33,971 bases of DNA from a virus (taxonomy: Duplodnaviria; Caudoviricetes), in the IMG/VR virus record IMGVR_UViG_3300048032_000483, positions 1 to 33,971 of that record. One strand, written 5' to 3'. Below are positions 17,901 to 24,452 of the stretch, one piece after another. A program made the position numbers and the translations under genes. The notes beneath the pieces were generated by a model. The model worked only from the letters and a program-made list of their open reading frames with translations, was not told the DNA's origin and ran no database searches. Positions within the stretch are counted from its first letter, which is position 1, and the number at the start of each line of letters is the position of its first letter.

Positions 17901-19643
17901 GTAAGGTGCAAAGTTTACACGCTTCTTTTTTTGCGCAACCATAAATTCACCATCTTCAGTGAACCATACGTCTTGGTATTGATATTTGTCAACAAGCGAC
18001 TGTATGCCGCCTGACATAATAAACATTGTGTCACCAGCTGTAAGTGTGGCATTTACTTGACTACCTGTTGCAGTTACTTCATAAACTTTATCGTCACCAA
18101 CCACAACAAATGTTGTTCCTACAGAAAGTTCTGCCTCTGCGACTGTTTTACTTAACATAATAAAATCAATGTTACCTTGCCATACAAAGTCATATTTGTA
18201 TTCACTATAGCCGTGATTTGTTAGCCACATGTTTTTATTAAATTCAATAATAGGACGTTTGGCTTGAAAATCTTTTCTGTTTAGTAGATATTGGTCTGAT
18301 GTATTTGTCATTGCTGCAATAGTGAATAATGCTTCTTTGTGTATCCACATATTAACACGACTCCATGCACTTGCAATTGGGTCTGCTCTGTCAATAACAA
18401 TATAATCTTTTTCAGAATTAAGTTTAAAGTCGTTGTCCCAACCAATGATGTCATAGTTTTCTAAATTCTCTGCAATCATCGCAAACTCTTTATTAATGTT
18501 GCTTGGAATAAATTGTTCTATTTCATTATTAGAAGTTAGCCTTGCGTCAATAATACATGTAACTTCAATATCACCATCTGTGTCTGTATCAATAATAAAC
18601 ACTTTATATTCATCTAAATTAGAAGGCTGGAAGTTTTTAGCAAAAGGATATGATCCTGTGCTGTTTTGAAAGTTCCAATCTTCATCAAAGCGAGCAATTA
18701 CTCTGCCGCTAATATATGTGTCTACACCATTTACAGATGTGCCATCAGGATTTACTTTTTTAACTAATCCAGTATCTCTAAGTTTTAATAATGGTAATGT
18801 TTTATTTGCATTGTGGTCTTTAATATAATCCCATAAGTCTTGAGAAATAGCACCTCGCTCATATAGCTTAACATCACCCTTGTCCCAGTATCCTCGTATT
18901 GCACCATTGTAAGATGTAAGTGCGTTCCATTCATTTTTTCCTGTGTTAGATCTATATGGTCTTAATTTAATAAAATCACCAACACCAGTTACTAAGAACT
19001 GCCAGCCATCCCATTGTCCATAACCTGCGGTAAATTCTATAATCATACCATCCATTAACGGGAACTCATTCTCATCGTCTTTGAATGTATATTCAATCTC
19101 ACCATTAATTTCACTTACAACGTTTGTATATGTGATATTTGTATTAAAACTTTCATATACTGGTAAGTTTTCTATCCAATAATATTGTCCATAGTTAATA
19201 AATTTATCAACATCAATCGGTGGTAAGAATGTTGAAGCACGAGTTTGGTAAGCGGCATTATAATTATATTGATCAAAATCAACATTTATAGAGTTTGAAA
19301 TATCGTCTATGCCTATAAGGTTAGTTAGATTTTTTGATTTGTCTCTACTTACAATTGCTGGTTCAAATTGCTTTACACCACGTACATCATGTTCAGATGT
19401 TGTCATATAAATGTCATTTTTATCAAAGTATCTGCCATCCCTTGTACCAACTAGCTCATCAATATCTTTAAGATCTGATTTACTAATCATTTGATCAAAG
19501 GTTGCATTAAGCCATGATTTATTTACGTTAGTTTGGAAAACACTTGGTAAAAAGTCACTACTTTTAATTTCAGTACCCTTATAGCTACCTGCACGTTTTT
19601 TCCTACCTGGTGTAGTTGGCTTATTACTTTTATACTTGCTCAT
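8955..19643 (-). CDS. Giant (3562 aa) baseplate wedge/structural protein, gp7-like position
   Basis: Uninterrupted 10.7-kb ORF directly downstream of gp6. C-terminal KPFHTK resembles wedge-protein motifs. Contains two W-x4-SY-x-x-GDRV motifs and I(N/T)-x-A-x-IP-x-(V/I)TA repeats. Confidence 0.75.
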   Translation of the reverse strand: MSKYKSNKPTTPGRKKRAGSYKGTEIKSSDFLPSVFQTNVNKSWLNATFDQMISKSDLKDIDELVGTRDGRYFDKNDIYMTTSEHDVRGVKQFEPAIVSRDKSKNLTNLIGIDDISNSINVDFDQYNYNAAYQTRASTFLPPIDVDKFINYGQYYWIENLPVYESFNTNITYTNVVSEINGEIEYTFKDDENEFPLMDGMIIEFTAGYGQWDGWQFLVTGVGDFIKLRPYRSNTGKNEWNALTSYNGAIRGYWDKGDVKLYERGAISQDLWDYIKDHNANKTLPLLKLRDTGLVKKVNPDGTSVNGVDTYISGRVIARFDEDWNFQNSTGSYPFAKNFQPSNLDEYKVFIIDTDTDGDIEVTCIIDARLTSNNEIEQFIPSNINKEFAMIAENLENYDIIGWDNDFKLNSEKDYIVIDRADPIASAWSRVNMWIHKEALFTIAAMTNTSDQYLLNRKDFQAKRPIIEFNKNMWLTNHGYSEYKYDFVWQGNIDFIMLSKTVAEAELSVGTTFVVVGDDKVYEVTATGSQVNATLTAGDTMFIMSGGIQSLVDKYQYQDVWFTEDGEFMVAQKKKRVNFAPYFKLYDEDQTLLSDTNKYPNSTDRGSKIFGYKPGTGKKDPELNFALTYQDTGFKAEIVFENFLDNTEVTYSKTLSSGSQLAVQSNIPGYYYYKQGIHYKSNYQTSYKPIGSLTDYQVVVSDPSVALEIPVGSDSWETNKEFLFYEADDCFAVRELYMKGIYHDYGYLKPQLIMQRNKKYEFHDLVGDLEIYDKDYNVETNYTTISLTAPYTYDIEFDSNANDYYYYGCPHLGTGRIIVVDDINQVYHKLYIDGKFVPCSKYTITNNQIIVPSTLLETDSVVDVQYYTSELRYTLDTEIPEVHKHNATNETIDTFTFSETLDHWKSIIESAVEFDGQGDGNNNSHRKFSVQTNGGTIFRHDDISVMQDITLSEDSLNVSAGLVEQGREWDNFKQRFIAQVKKLYKQQSWSSVKDIVNQAVDNITVTRKGTLLHADSNMIYTGEENFDRIELTGNNQTFTTKFTFNSDRTKQDHYYIYLTDDKNGLGYMTTRILHKDSDYTVNGSEITLLVNAIEIPSQLPYVTVYYHEMDKVSHVPASMTKLGLEFPRFIHIDNGKFVGHDGAMMQVGNQNFDLYNMNSQTFDPVVACLWDLETRIYNNLAETEHYISANKYLPSQHRDTWYTLNDVNNSMEKYFRKWMNKNNIWNIDKEDEYDPANSNTWNYNSMDLHGHMEHLTGNKLPGSWQGNYIILFGTERPDCMPWIILGFAWKPAWWDDHYSWTDPIKRASLIEALRTGQQKMIWHNLGVSEQSVAHARYYWDWDNHCPVKTDGTLEDPEVVLGTPDPIDAAVPFEWGDYGYIERRWRHSGEGIGALVGSIVKLNRTKAWTDFFQPGFIVDKHSLVNNKRISPSALHYHGGLYGETVKSINVIDSSTGLGTNSTVDIISPASSLGASAIANVNASGELTHVSLTTRGNNFDQDAAKHVENVGGQTFSYANVDMVKQVIPFHANGINVTQLNKIKRNNESIDLEQLYKSIDTQLLIKMGGFTDKSLLNIQTESGISGAFKINDNDYEIVLLEGKPTRVDVASQIYIEKLSQGFRIKGISNAQQRFTFNEPLIQGANAYKNLKLDNNGVVRQYTKHSAKESYIEYGAVLSRVQDTYNFIRGYDHYLKSRGVLATNDIGSSAFGFANWTTHAQIGEVYIIDIGSGVGYQSDHGHILEFGAAPEHQNELLDPQGKKIEADDLRVVRTENQLRAITADGSLIGSAGFSEVDYEHGLLLSNKTQFNSTIFDDISNVRHQRLHIKGKRTDGWKGHKSAKGYIVKSNGINPNFDSSVNQIDYYYKTDIKIDNSDISKMEKLTNGNIDRDWSKGFNLSDNVLSNFYREMIKDRGTTGIATKLNRSTLINLGNSNLTTKEEWMFRNGYMGDPTRRKTTEIELKRSNNASDIRLIDFFNDSPVYVNNEIQVDFPKVTMEKQYPMFAGDCLETEVDYVVPKLPDLDTLYDSLADYANIPTWNGTTSYKRGDRVRRNGMLLKCNTNFIGYTSEVSNNDQTGSVSNPTFSFRQSGTPSAVIDGVSVYFNKTTTLYSAIAVTGSNQSVQSPKTLNIDNTSVSLVVTSQQQIIDTTQPFSGNPHVNSNALGTGTVIVDNYGKTLEIEGTTINLWDPADETPTVTTTPNPDQSETITGDSTTTVWPLTIPANVDTVTVTVPAGYTEVVDLVNAEVTITPALPSPPDADSEATVTYTIQDTVTSGPPITGVNIDADDVVAFITAANIPNVTAQKDSNGVISIIKNVNGNTTGALFVSNGTANADLGIAAGSFPPAVDNITVNEPISTAIARNLINAASIPNVTASLDANQNLVLTKIIGSSIDPSQDTLDISGNANLTYGFPVQTGYPSSIRQDSSTVSDARDFINSANIPGITASVVQNGRLVVQSSNGTLVIGDNTELQTEAGINAGTYYSLSTPVENDFNDQKTFWDVDSFNDPALFNIFVLDDTDYEKVQTDSIDSKFWDWNVLSVQDFGLYTFDEGKTECSICAGVDSPEGNDARVTVQKAHNLEVGDYVMLVNTTTQPSCDGIHKVTRVGDITEPNSFYIDMYIEDCGSSPSVFVLRNSRFFRTNDRTASVSSDYYNPKLQELAWTSRDGQSRVSTSVHRWAGGQGYKPVSGRYSNKRITHTKESGYNKVIGASIYDGRKQSSLVDLEIYDPARGLWPGVAMRELDNISEYDLAQYTNSTDLLFEGNERNAWGEERVGTTWFNTSSINYWDYDQGDYNYRKEHWGKLITGSVVEVYEWTKSSVPPDEYKNAVLEGKEIYGTVATGEVFKEFDASVGEDIYYYTQDQIWNDSTSDYDVVYYFWVKEKLYVPNTDRIYSTQQLATILRDPTQAGIAWMALVDSKQIIIANAQHYLNDDTVLQLTYESEMNHNNWFILNEGTDTIPEYWFVGLRDNVTGLQSGYDRELPNETLHPYNRFGDDRKIGQTWYKDKYETRRQALSVANRMLKEMNLFEDLPYKWDRTLTDKSRIIDFGVNADLVPEWIASTSYTIGDRVISNRIVYEALSSFTSGTDEFIDINTNDWVMISQLYDMTRVWEYADYVHPAHPSYKRATILVDNRVQALAVDPTQHQTVGINIYNASKQLDESEIFNWINDKWILTHKRNATIEFNDFISNKDNDMGWDFGSWDQGGWDQNTAIYAYHVIEALRNDIFIQMHKDNFNKFFFAMVKYAISTQKQVDWVYKTTYIQAEIENKLDEQPKVYKKNTVNEVVGYLESVKPFHTKVRTVFDKYTVDENLNLAINDSHIFNITIDSQQLDPKETFQIEYLGDEISLDFGGDTEDTFAAPSFTDTASTDTLTGGGFNNSYDWSLTGTDVGAVGRRRAIYYFDTQEHLSVRVLTNTAGNTVDADSRTYQYLQDNNGYISVYALEDAMTATVDADTESDDTSIILSVGEGLKFIPTGGFALINNEVLQYGRVDGDTLLDVTRGEYAAKIVSGDTIIDVTNNKLDTIESIIRDSSLRLNEIGKSILDNTSSSLDAKTLQANGQGTAF

Positions 19644-19652
19644 TTTTTTACC

Positions 19653-22600
19653 TTAAACCGTTGTTGCTTGTGTTGCATCTGTAATGATATCTATATCTGA
19701 AATACTCACATCTGGAATAAAAATTTCGTCTGTCTGTGGTGTTATCTGGAATAAATCTCCAAATACACTGTCTGAACTCATAGGTACAATTACAAAGCTA
19801 CTAACTACACCAGCTAATGATTGGTGTACGTGTGCTGCTAATTCTGTAAAGAAGAACTCTTCACCAAAATCCCAATTATCAATATGGAAGAATTCAGTAA
19901 TTGCATCTACTAATTTACTTTTAATTTCGTTGTCTGTTAAACTTGTGTTTGGTAATTTAACAACTCTAAATTTTGCTTGTAGTTCTGATTCTGCTTCTGG
20001 ACCAAATAAAACTTTATATTTTACTGGGCGATAAATGATAGTATCACTCATTGCTTTTTTATCCATAAACTGACCAAACTGTGAATTTAACATGTCCATT
20101 GTTGGTGGGTTAGGTTCACTCTCTAATGTTTTGTCGTTATTTTTTAACCAATTTCTATAATTGCTGTCATAAGATGTTGTTAATACAAATGTGTCAATAA
20201 TATTACTGAAGCTAGGATCAATAATTTCATTCTTATCTGGAATATGTTTCCATTCAATTCTTAAATCAACTAAACTTGAACTGTTTCCTAAAATATTATA
20301 TACTGCATCTGGATCGTCTGGACGTCCATCTTTATTTTTATCTTTTAGTGATAATATAACACGATTAGGATTATAAACGCCAGCTTGCTGCCCGTTTAGT
20401 CCTTGGAATGTGTATCCATAAACATAGAAGTTACCAGTAGTACCAGCACCTAAGTCAATAATTTCAATTTGATCTCGACTTGCTTTTTTACTTTCTTCTT
20501 CTAATTTTTCTTGATTATTAATATTACTAAACTCAATTAATTGACTTTCTAAGACAAATCTTGAAACACGAGTAGTAATATTATATTTTCCATAATTTAC
20601 TAGTGTGTCAAAATCTACATGTAAAATCCAATTATTATTTGGTGTACTAAAGAAAGATATAATATCAAACGCCGATGTTTTTGCTGTCGGTGTTTCTAAT
20701 ATATTCCATCCGCCGTTAATAAAATCATATGTAAGAGCAAAGTCAGTTTTTGCAGTTAAGAATGTATTAATAGCAAAACGTTCTTCACTTGTAAATGTTC
20801 TATTAATTGCAGGGTAAATAATTTCTACAGACGATCCATTAGGAATAACACTGTCTGTAATAATAGCACCGTCGCCATTTGCACGTAGCCCAGTAGGTGC
20901 ACCACTTGTATCGTCAACACCTAATCCATTATTATAGATGCTTGATACTTTTGTCCATACTGTTTTACTATTTTTTGTAAATTTTACTAAAGCACCATCT
21001 CTAATATATTTTGAATAAATTGAACTTACTAATCCTGTTCTAGCAATATTGTTAGATGCATCTGTAAGGTAACCACTTGTGCCTTCAATACCATTCGCCG
21101 CCTGCCATGTTAGTGTGTTAAATGCAGCATCGGTTGTTTTTAGTGCATTGAATTGATTTCTGTGTAAATCATAATACAAGTTAATTACTTCATCATCATT
21201 TAACATAGGAACAATATAGTTACTAAACACACTACTTGGTGTTCTAGAAGCACTTGTTTTTTCTTTTGTAATTTGTTCTCTAGTAAGAACACCGTCTAAT
21301 GAATAAAGATGTAAGTTACTGTATGCACCTGTTGGATCTTTAATATCTAAATAACGGCTGTGTCCGCTGTGTGTGCGGTTTATACTTTTAATTTTCTTAA
21401 TTGATGTACTTTGTGTTGCCAGTAAACTGTTATAATCGTCTGCTGTAATCATACGATTTTGTGATGCAAAGGTGCGAGGAGCGTTTTCTTTTATCTCAGA
21501 AACAGTTTCGCTACGACTTGCGTTTAATACACTTTGTCTAAGCTGTCCTTCAAAAACAACTGTGTATGGGTTGCCATCAGCACCTGTATACTGTATACTA
21601 AATTTTTTGTTGGTAATGTCATCTGGACGTAGTACATAAGTGTCATTGGCACTTGTACGATACCAAACACGTATAATACCTGAAGGTACATTACCAAAAG
21701 CAGCATCTGCAAACATAATACTAATTTGATTAGTAGCTCTTGTTTTAACTGCAAACACATCACGTACACCTGAAGGTACTGTATTGTAGATAACATTTTT
21801 ATCTACCTTAGTCCAGTTTTTAAGAACTTCGCCATCACTGGTAACTGTTTGTACCCAAACATCACTTTCGTTAATATTTGAAATATTAACATCTAAAGAC
21901 TGACTACTAATAGTGTCTGTAATTTCAAAGTCTTTAAATTGTAATTGTCCTTGTTTAAAGCCCATAAAGAACCCGGTATTGTTACTTGTGATACCTAGGT
22001 TATCATTTCTATATGCAACGTTAAATGATCCGTTTGGATTTGGTGAATTTTCTGCAAGCTGTCCATTTTCTATTGTAACACTAACTGCGTTGAACGAGCT
22101 TGAAATGCCTTGAACTGCACCACTAAATGAAAAGTATACCTGATCATTTGTGTTGTTTAGTGCATAAAAGTCTGTCATTACGCCGTCAATAATTGACTGT
22201 TTTTGTGGGCTACCAAAAGGATTACTTTTATTAAACACACTGTTAATAACAGCCGTAAAGTCATCAATGTTATCAGGAGAGCTGGTGTTCTCAAAACGGA
22301 TTTCTTTACCGCCTAAGCTCGAACCATCACTACCAATAACTGCTTCGTTAGTTTTTACACTTACGAGTTTTAGCAAACCAAATGCTGGCACATTTCGTTT
22401 TGGTTGGTATGCTAAAAAGTCAGCTAACTTTAAGACACTCTCTTGTTTGGTTGCAGTAGATAAGAAATTGTTACGACTGTTTAAGTCTACACGGAACGCT
22501 AAGTTATGTCCAAACTGTGCAATCAAATCAAGTAGTGCGACAAATTCGCTACTCTCAACCCAATCGTTATAATTTTCTGGATAATTTGTTCTGATATATT

Positions 22601-22724
22601 CAACCATACCAGTTCGTATGGTATCGTAATCGTACGATTTTAAATCCGCCTGTACATATGATTCATATACAGTAGTATAATCCTCAGCCGCGAATAATTT
22701 TGCTTGTCTAATTTTTTGTGCCAT
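19653..22724 (-). CDS. Baseplate wedge subunit, T4 gp6-like
   Basis: YDYDTIR..YPENYND..LLDLIA..NFLSTA..SVLKLA..Y.P at the N-terminus and E..SEIKENAP..FASQNRMITADDY. Follows gp25. Confidence 0.9.
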   Translation of the reverse strand: MAQKIRQAKLFAAEDYTTVYESYVQADLKSYDYDTIRTGMVEYIRTNYPENYNDWVESSEFVALLDLIAQFGHNLAFRVDLNSRNNFLSTATKQESVLKLADFLAYQPKRNVPAFGLLKLVSVKTNEAVIGSDGSSLGGKEIRFENTSSPDNIDDFTAVINSVFNKSNPFGSPQKQSIIDGVMTDFYALNNTNDQVYFSFSGAVQGISSSFNAVSVTIENGQLAENSPNPNGSFNVAYRNDNLGITSNNTGFFMGFKQGQLQFKDFEITDTISSQSLDVNISNINESDVWVQTVTSDGEVLKNWTKVDKNVIYNTVPSGVRDVFAVKTRATNQISIMFADAAFGNVPSGIIRVWYRTSANDTYVLRPDDITNKKFSIQYTGADGNPYTVVFEGQLRQSVLNASRSETVSEIKENAPRTFASQNRMITADDYNSLLATQSTSIKKIKSINRTHSGHSRYLDIKDPTGAYSNLHLYSLDGVLTREQITKEKTSASRTPSSVFSNYIVPMLNDDEVINLYYDLHRNQFNALKTTDAAFNTLTWQAANGIEGTSGYLTDASNNIARTGLVSSIYSKYIRDGALVKFTKNSKTVWTKVSSIYNNGLGVDDTSGAPTGLRANGDGAIITDSVIPNGSSVEIIYPAINRTFTSEERFAINTFLTAKTDFALTYDFINGGWNILETPTAKTSAFDIISFFSTPNNNWILHVDFDTLVNYGKYNITTRVSRFVLESQLIEFSNINNQEKLEEESKKASRDQIEIIDLGAGTTGNFYVYGYTFQGLNGQQAGVYNPNRVILSLKDKNKDGRPDDPDAVYNILGNSSSLVDLRIEWKHIPDKNEIIDPSFSNIIDTFVLTTSYDSNYRNWLKNNDKTLESEPNPPTMDMLNSQFGQFMDKKAMSDTIIYRPVKYKVLFGPEAESELQAKFRVVKLPNTSLTDNEIKSKLVDAITEFFHIDNWDFGEEFFFTELAAHVHQSLAGVVSSFVIVPMSSDSVFGDLFQITPQTDEIFIPDVSISDIDIITDATQATTV

Positions 22725-22726
22725 TG

Positions 22727-23110
22727 TTAAAACTCTACTGTTTCACCAAATTCGTCATCGAATTTAAGTACAAGATCAGTTGGCGTAGTAGTAGGTAAGT
22801 ATATTAATTTAACTAATACTGTAACAGTATGTTGATCGCGATTTACTATTGCTTGCTGTGATGCTAGTTCAAATCTAGGATCGTAGCTTACTACTTGATT
22901 AACATCATCGTTAATTAAGTCAAGTGTAGAATCGTCTAGTGGTTCAAATACATATAAAGGCAAGTCGCTACCAAACTCTGGGTTTGTCCACTTCTCACCT
23001 TTACGAATACCAAAGTGATTCTTTAGATCCTGCTTTGCCAGATCAATATCAGTTAGGTATTTTGCGCTTCTAAGTTGATCTACTGTTGTATATCCAATTA
23101 TCTTGTCCAT
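22727..23110 (-). CDS. Baseplate wedge subunit, T4 gp25-like
   Basis: LKNHFGIRKGEKWTNPEFGSDL..FEP...YDPR is the gp25/GPW family pattern. 127 aa. Confidence 0.92.
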   Translation of the reverse strand: MDKIIGYTTVDQLRSAKYLTDIDLAKQDLKNHFGIRKGEKWTNPEFGSDLPLYVFEPLDDSTLDLINDDVNQVVSYDPRFELASQQAIVNRDQHTVTVLVKLIYLPTTTPTDLVLKFDDEFGETVEF

Positions 23111-23115
23111 AAAGA

Positions 23116-23123
23116 TATTTATC
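23116..23123 (-). promoter_or_regulatory. Late promoter variant GATAAATA upstream of gp25
   Basis: Intergenic, 5 nt upstream of the gp25 ATG, with no Shine-Dalgarno in between. Confidence 0.7.
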
Positions 23124-23145
23124 TAGAAAAATCAACGTTTTTTCT

Positions 23146-23700
23146 TTAAGTGTATTCAGGAAGCAAATTTATAGATAAAAGCTCTTCTGGCCAGTTAATG
23201 TAGTCCTGCCAAGCTGGATCTGGAATTGATAGCTTATAATTCCTTGCTGCATTGTTAATTTCATGCCAAGTTGGCTTGTGAGGTTTTGATAATGGATTAA
23301 TCATACGTTTACCTTTAGCAACATTACATGGCATACATGCAGAGGTACTATTTTCCCAGGTTAACTTGCCGCCTCGTGATTTAGGTATAACATGATCTAT
23401 AGTCAAATCGCCGTAATGGAATTTGTCTCCACAATACTGACATTGGAAGTTATCTCTAATATACAAGTTACGTCTTGTAAATTTTGCTTTGGTTGGATGC
23501 TTGTGATATGCATGTAGCATAACAATGCTTGGCTGTGGCATAGAAAAGTTTGCGCTACGTAAAAATTTATTTTCGTAGTTTGCAAGTACTTTGGCTTTTT
23601 GTTGGAATATTGCCTTTACTGCTGACTGCCAGCTAATGGTGCTCAAAGGCATGTAACTTAGTGGTTGAGCATCTGCATTTAATAATAAGACACTGGGCAA
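23146..23700 (-). CDS. HNH endonuclease (free-standing, McrA-like)
   Basis: RDNFQCQYCG..TIDHVIPKSRGG..WEN..ACMPCNVAKG. TTG start codon. Confidence 0.9.
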   Translation of the reverse strand: MPSVLLLNADAQPLSYMPLSTISWQSAVKAIFQQKAKVLANYENKFLRSANFSMPQPSIVMLHAYHKHPTKAKFTRRNLYIRDNFQCQYCGDKFHYGDLTIDHVIPKSRGGKLTWENSTSACMPCNVAKGKRMINPLSKPHKPTWHEINNAARNYKLSIPDPAWQDYINWPEELLSINLLPEYT

Positions 23701-23723
23701 AACATGGTGTTCCTTCTTTTAGT

Positions 23724-24452
23724 TTAGCTATTTAACTTAACTAATTCTCTCATTCTAGACATAGTTAATTGTGGTAGGAACAATCCTGTTTCAGCATAGT
23801 ATACCACTTCTGCTTGTTTTTTAGATACTGTTGTTGCAAAGCCGTCTGGATATTGTTGTCTAATATCCTGTATGCCTGCCTCTTTCATTAGACTTCTATC
23901 TTTGTAAATTCCATAGTCGCCTAGCATAATAATCTTAGCTTCTGCTTGGCGCCTTGCTCTGTTAGTACCACTATTAATTAGTGCAGTGGCAACATAATTC
24001 CATTCCTCTTGTTTGATATAATTACCAATTTGGAACTTCCTAACATCAGAGCCAACACTCGTGAAACTACCAGTAGTGTGGAATAAACTCACTAGTCCAT
24101 CATACTGTGATTGTGTTAGTTTGTCAAGAGGGAATTGTCTTTTTAATTTTTTTTCACTATTTTTTACTTTAGAAATCCAATCACTATATGCTTGGCTTTC
24201 TGTTAATCCAGATATTGAATTTAAATTTTCACTAGTGCCGTATCCAATAAGAGTAGTAGTGGTTCCAGGAACCACATAACTGTATCCTCGCCACTGTGTT
24301 TGACGAAGCATAAAGTTTAATAATTCTTCACTAGCCTCTAAATTTTTTAATGGGATCTGATTGTTTACGTATTCTGAATTTTTTACTGTAAATAATTCAA
24401 ATTCAACTAAGTCTTTATCGGTAAGTTTATTTGGTAAAGTAATGTCAGCCAT
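23724..24452 (-). CDS. Phage lysozyme-like (GH24 fold) baseplate protein, catalytic residues apparently degenerate
   Basis: TLIGYG, LTQSQYDGLVSL and RRQAEA match GH24 lysozyme motifs, but the expected E-x8-D pair is absent. Coupled to the gp5-like gene. Confidence 0.7.
   Translation of the reverse strand: MADITLPNKLTDKDLVEFELFTVKNSEYVNNQIPLKNLEASEELLNFMLRQTQWRGYSYVVPGTTTTLIGYGTSENLNSISGLTESQAYSDWISKVKNSEKKLKRQFPLDKLTQSQYDGLVSLFHTTGSFTSVGSDVRKFQIGNYIKQEEWNYVATALINSGTNRARRQAEAKIIMLGDYGIYKDRSLMKEAGIQDIRQQYPDGFATTVSKKQAEVVYYAETGLFLPQLTMSRMRELVKLNS

Noticed and set aside
8955-19643. Intein, intron or diversity-generating-retroelement target in the giant gene
   Set aside because: I saw no intein splice motifs, frame breaks, reverse transcriptase or near-identical nucleotide repeat pair by eye. 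A self dot-plot would be needed to exclude this fully.
23125-23145. Inverted repeat AGAAAAA-N7-TTTTTCT after the HNH stop as a terminator
   Set aside because: The stem is almost all A-T and too weak, with no separate U tract. It cannot be supported as an intrinsic terminator.
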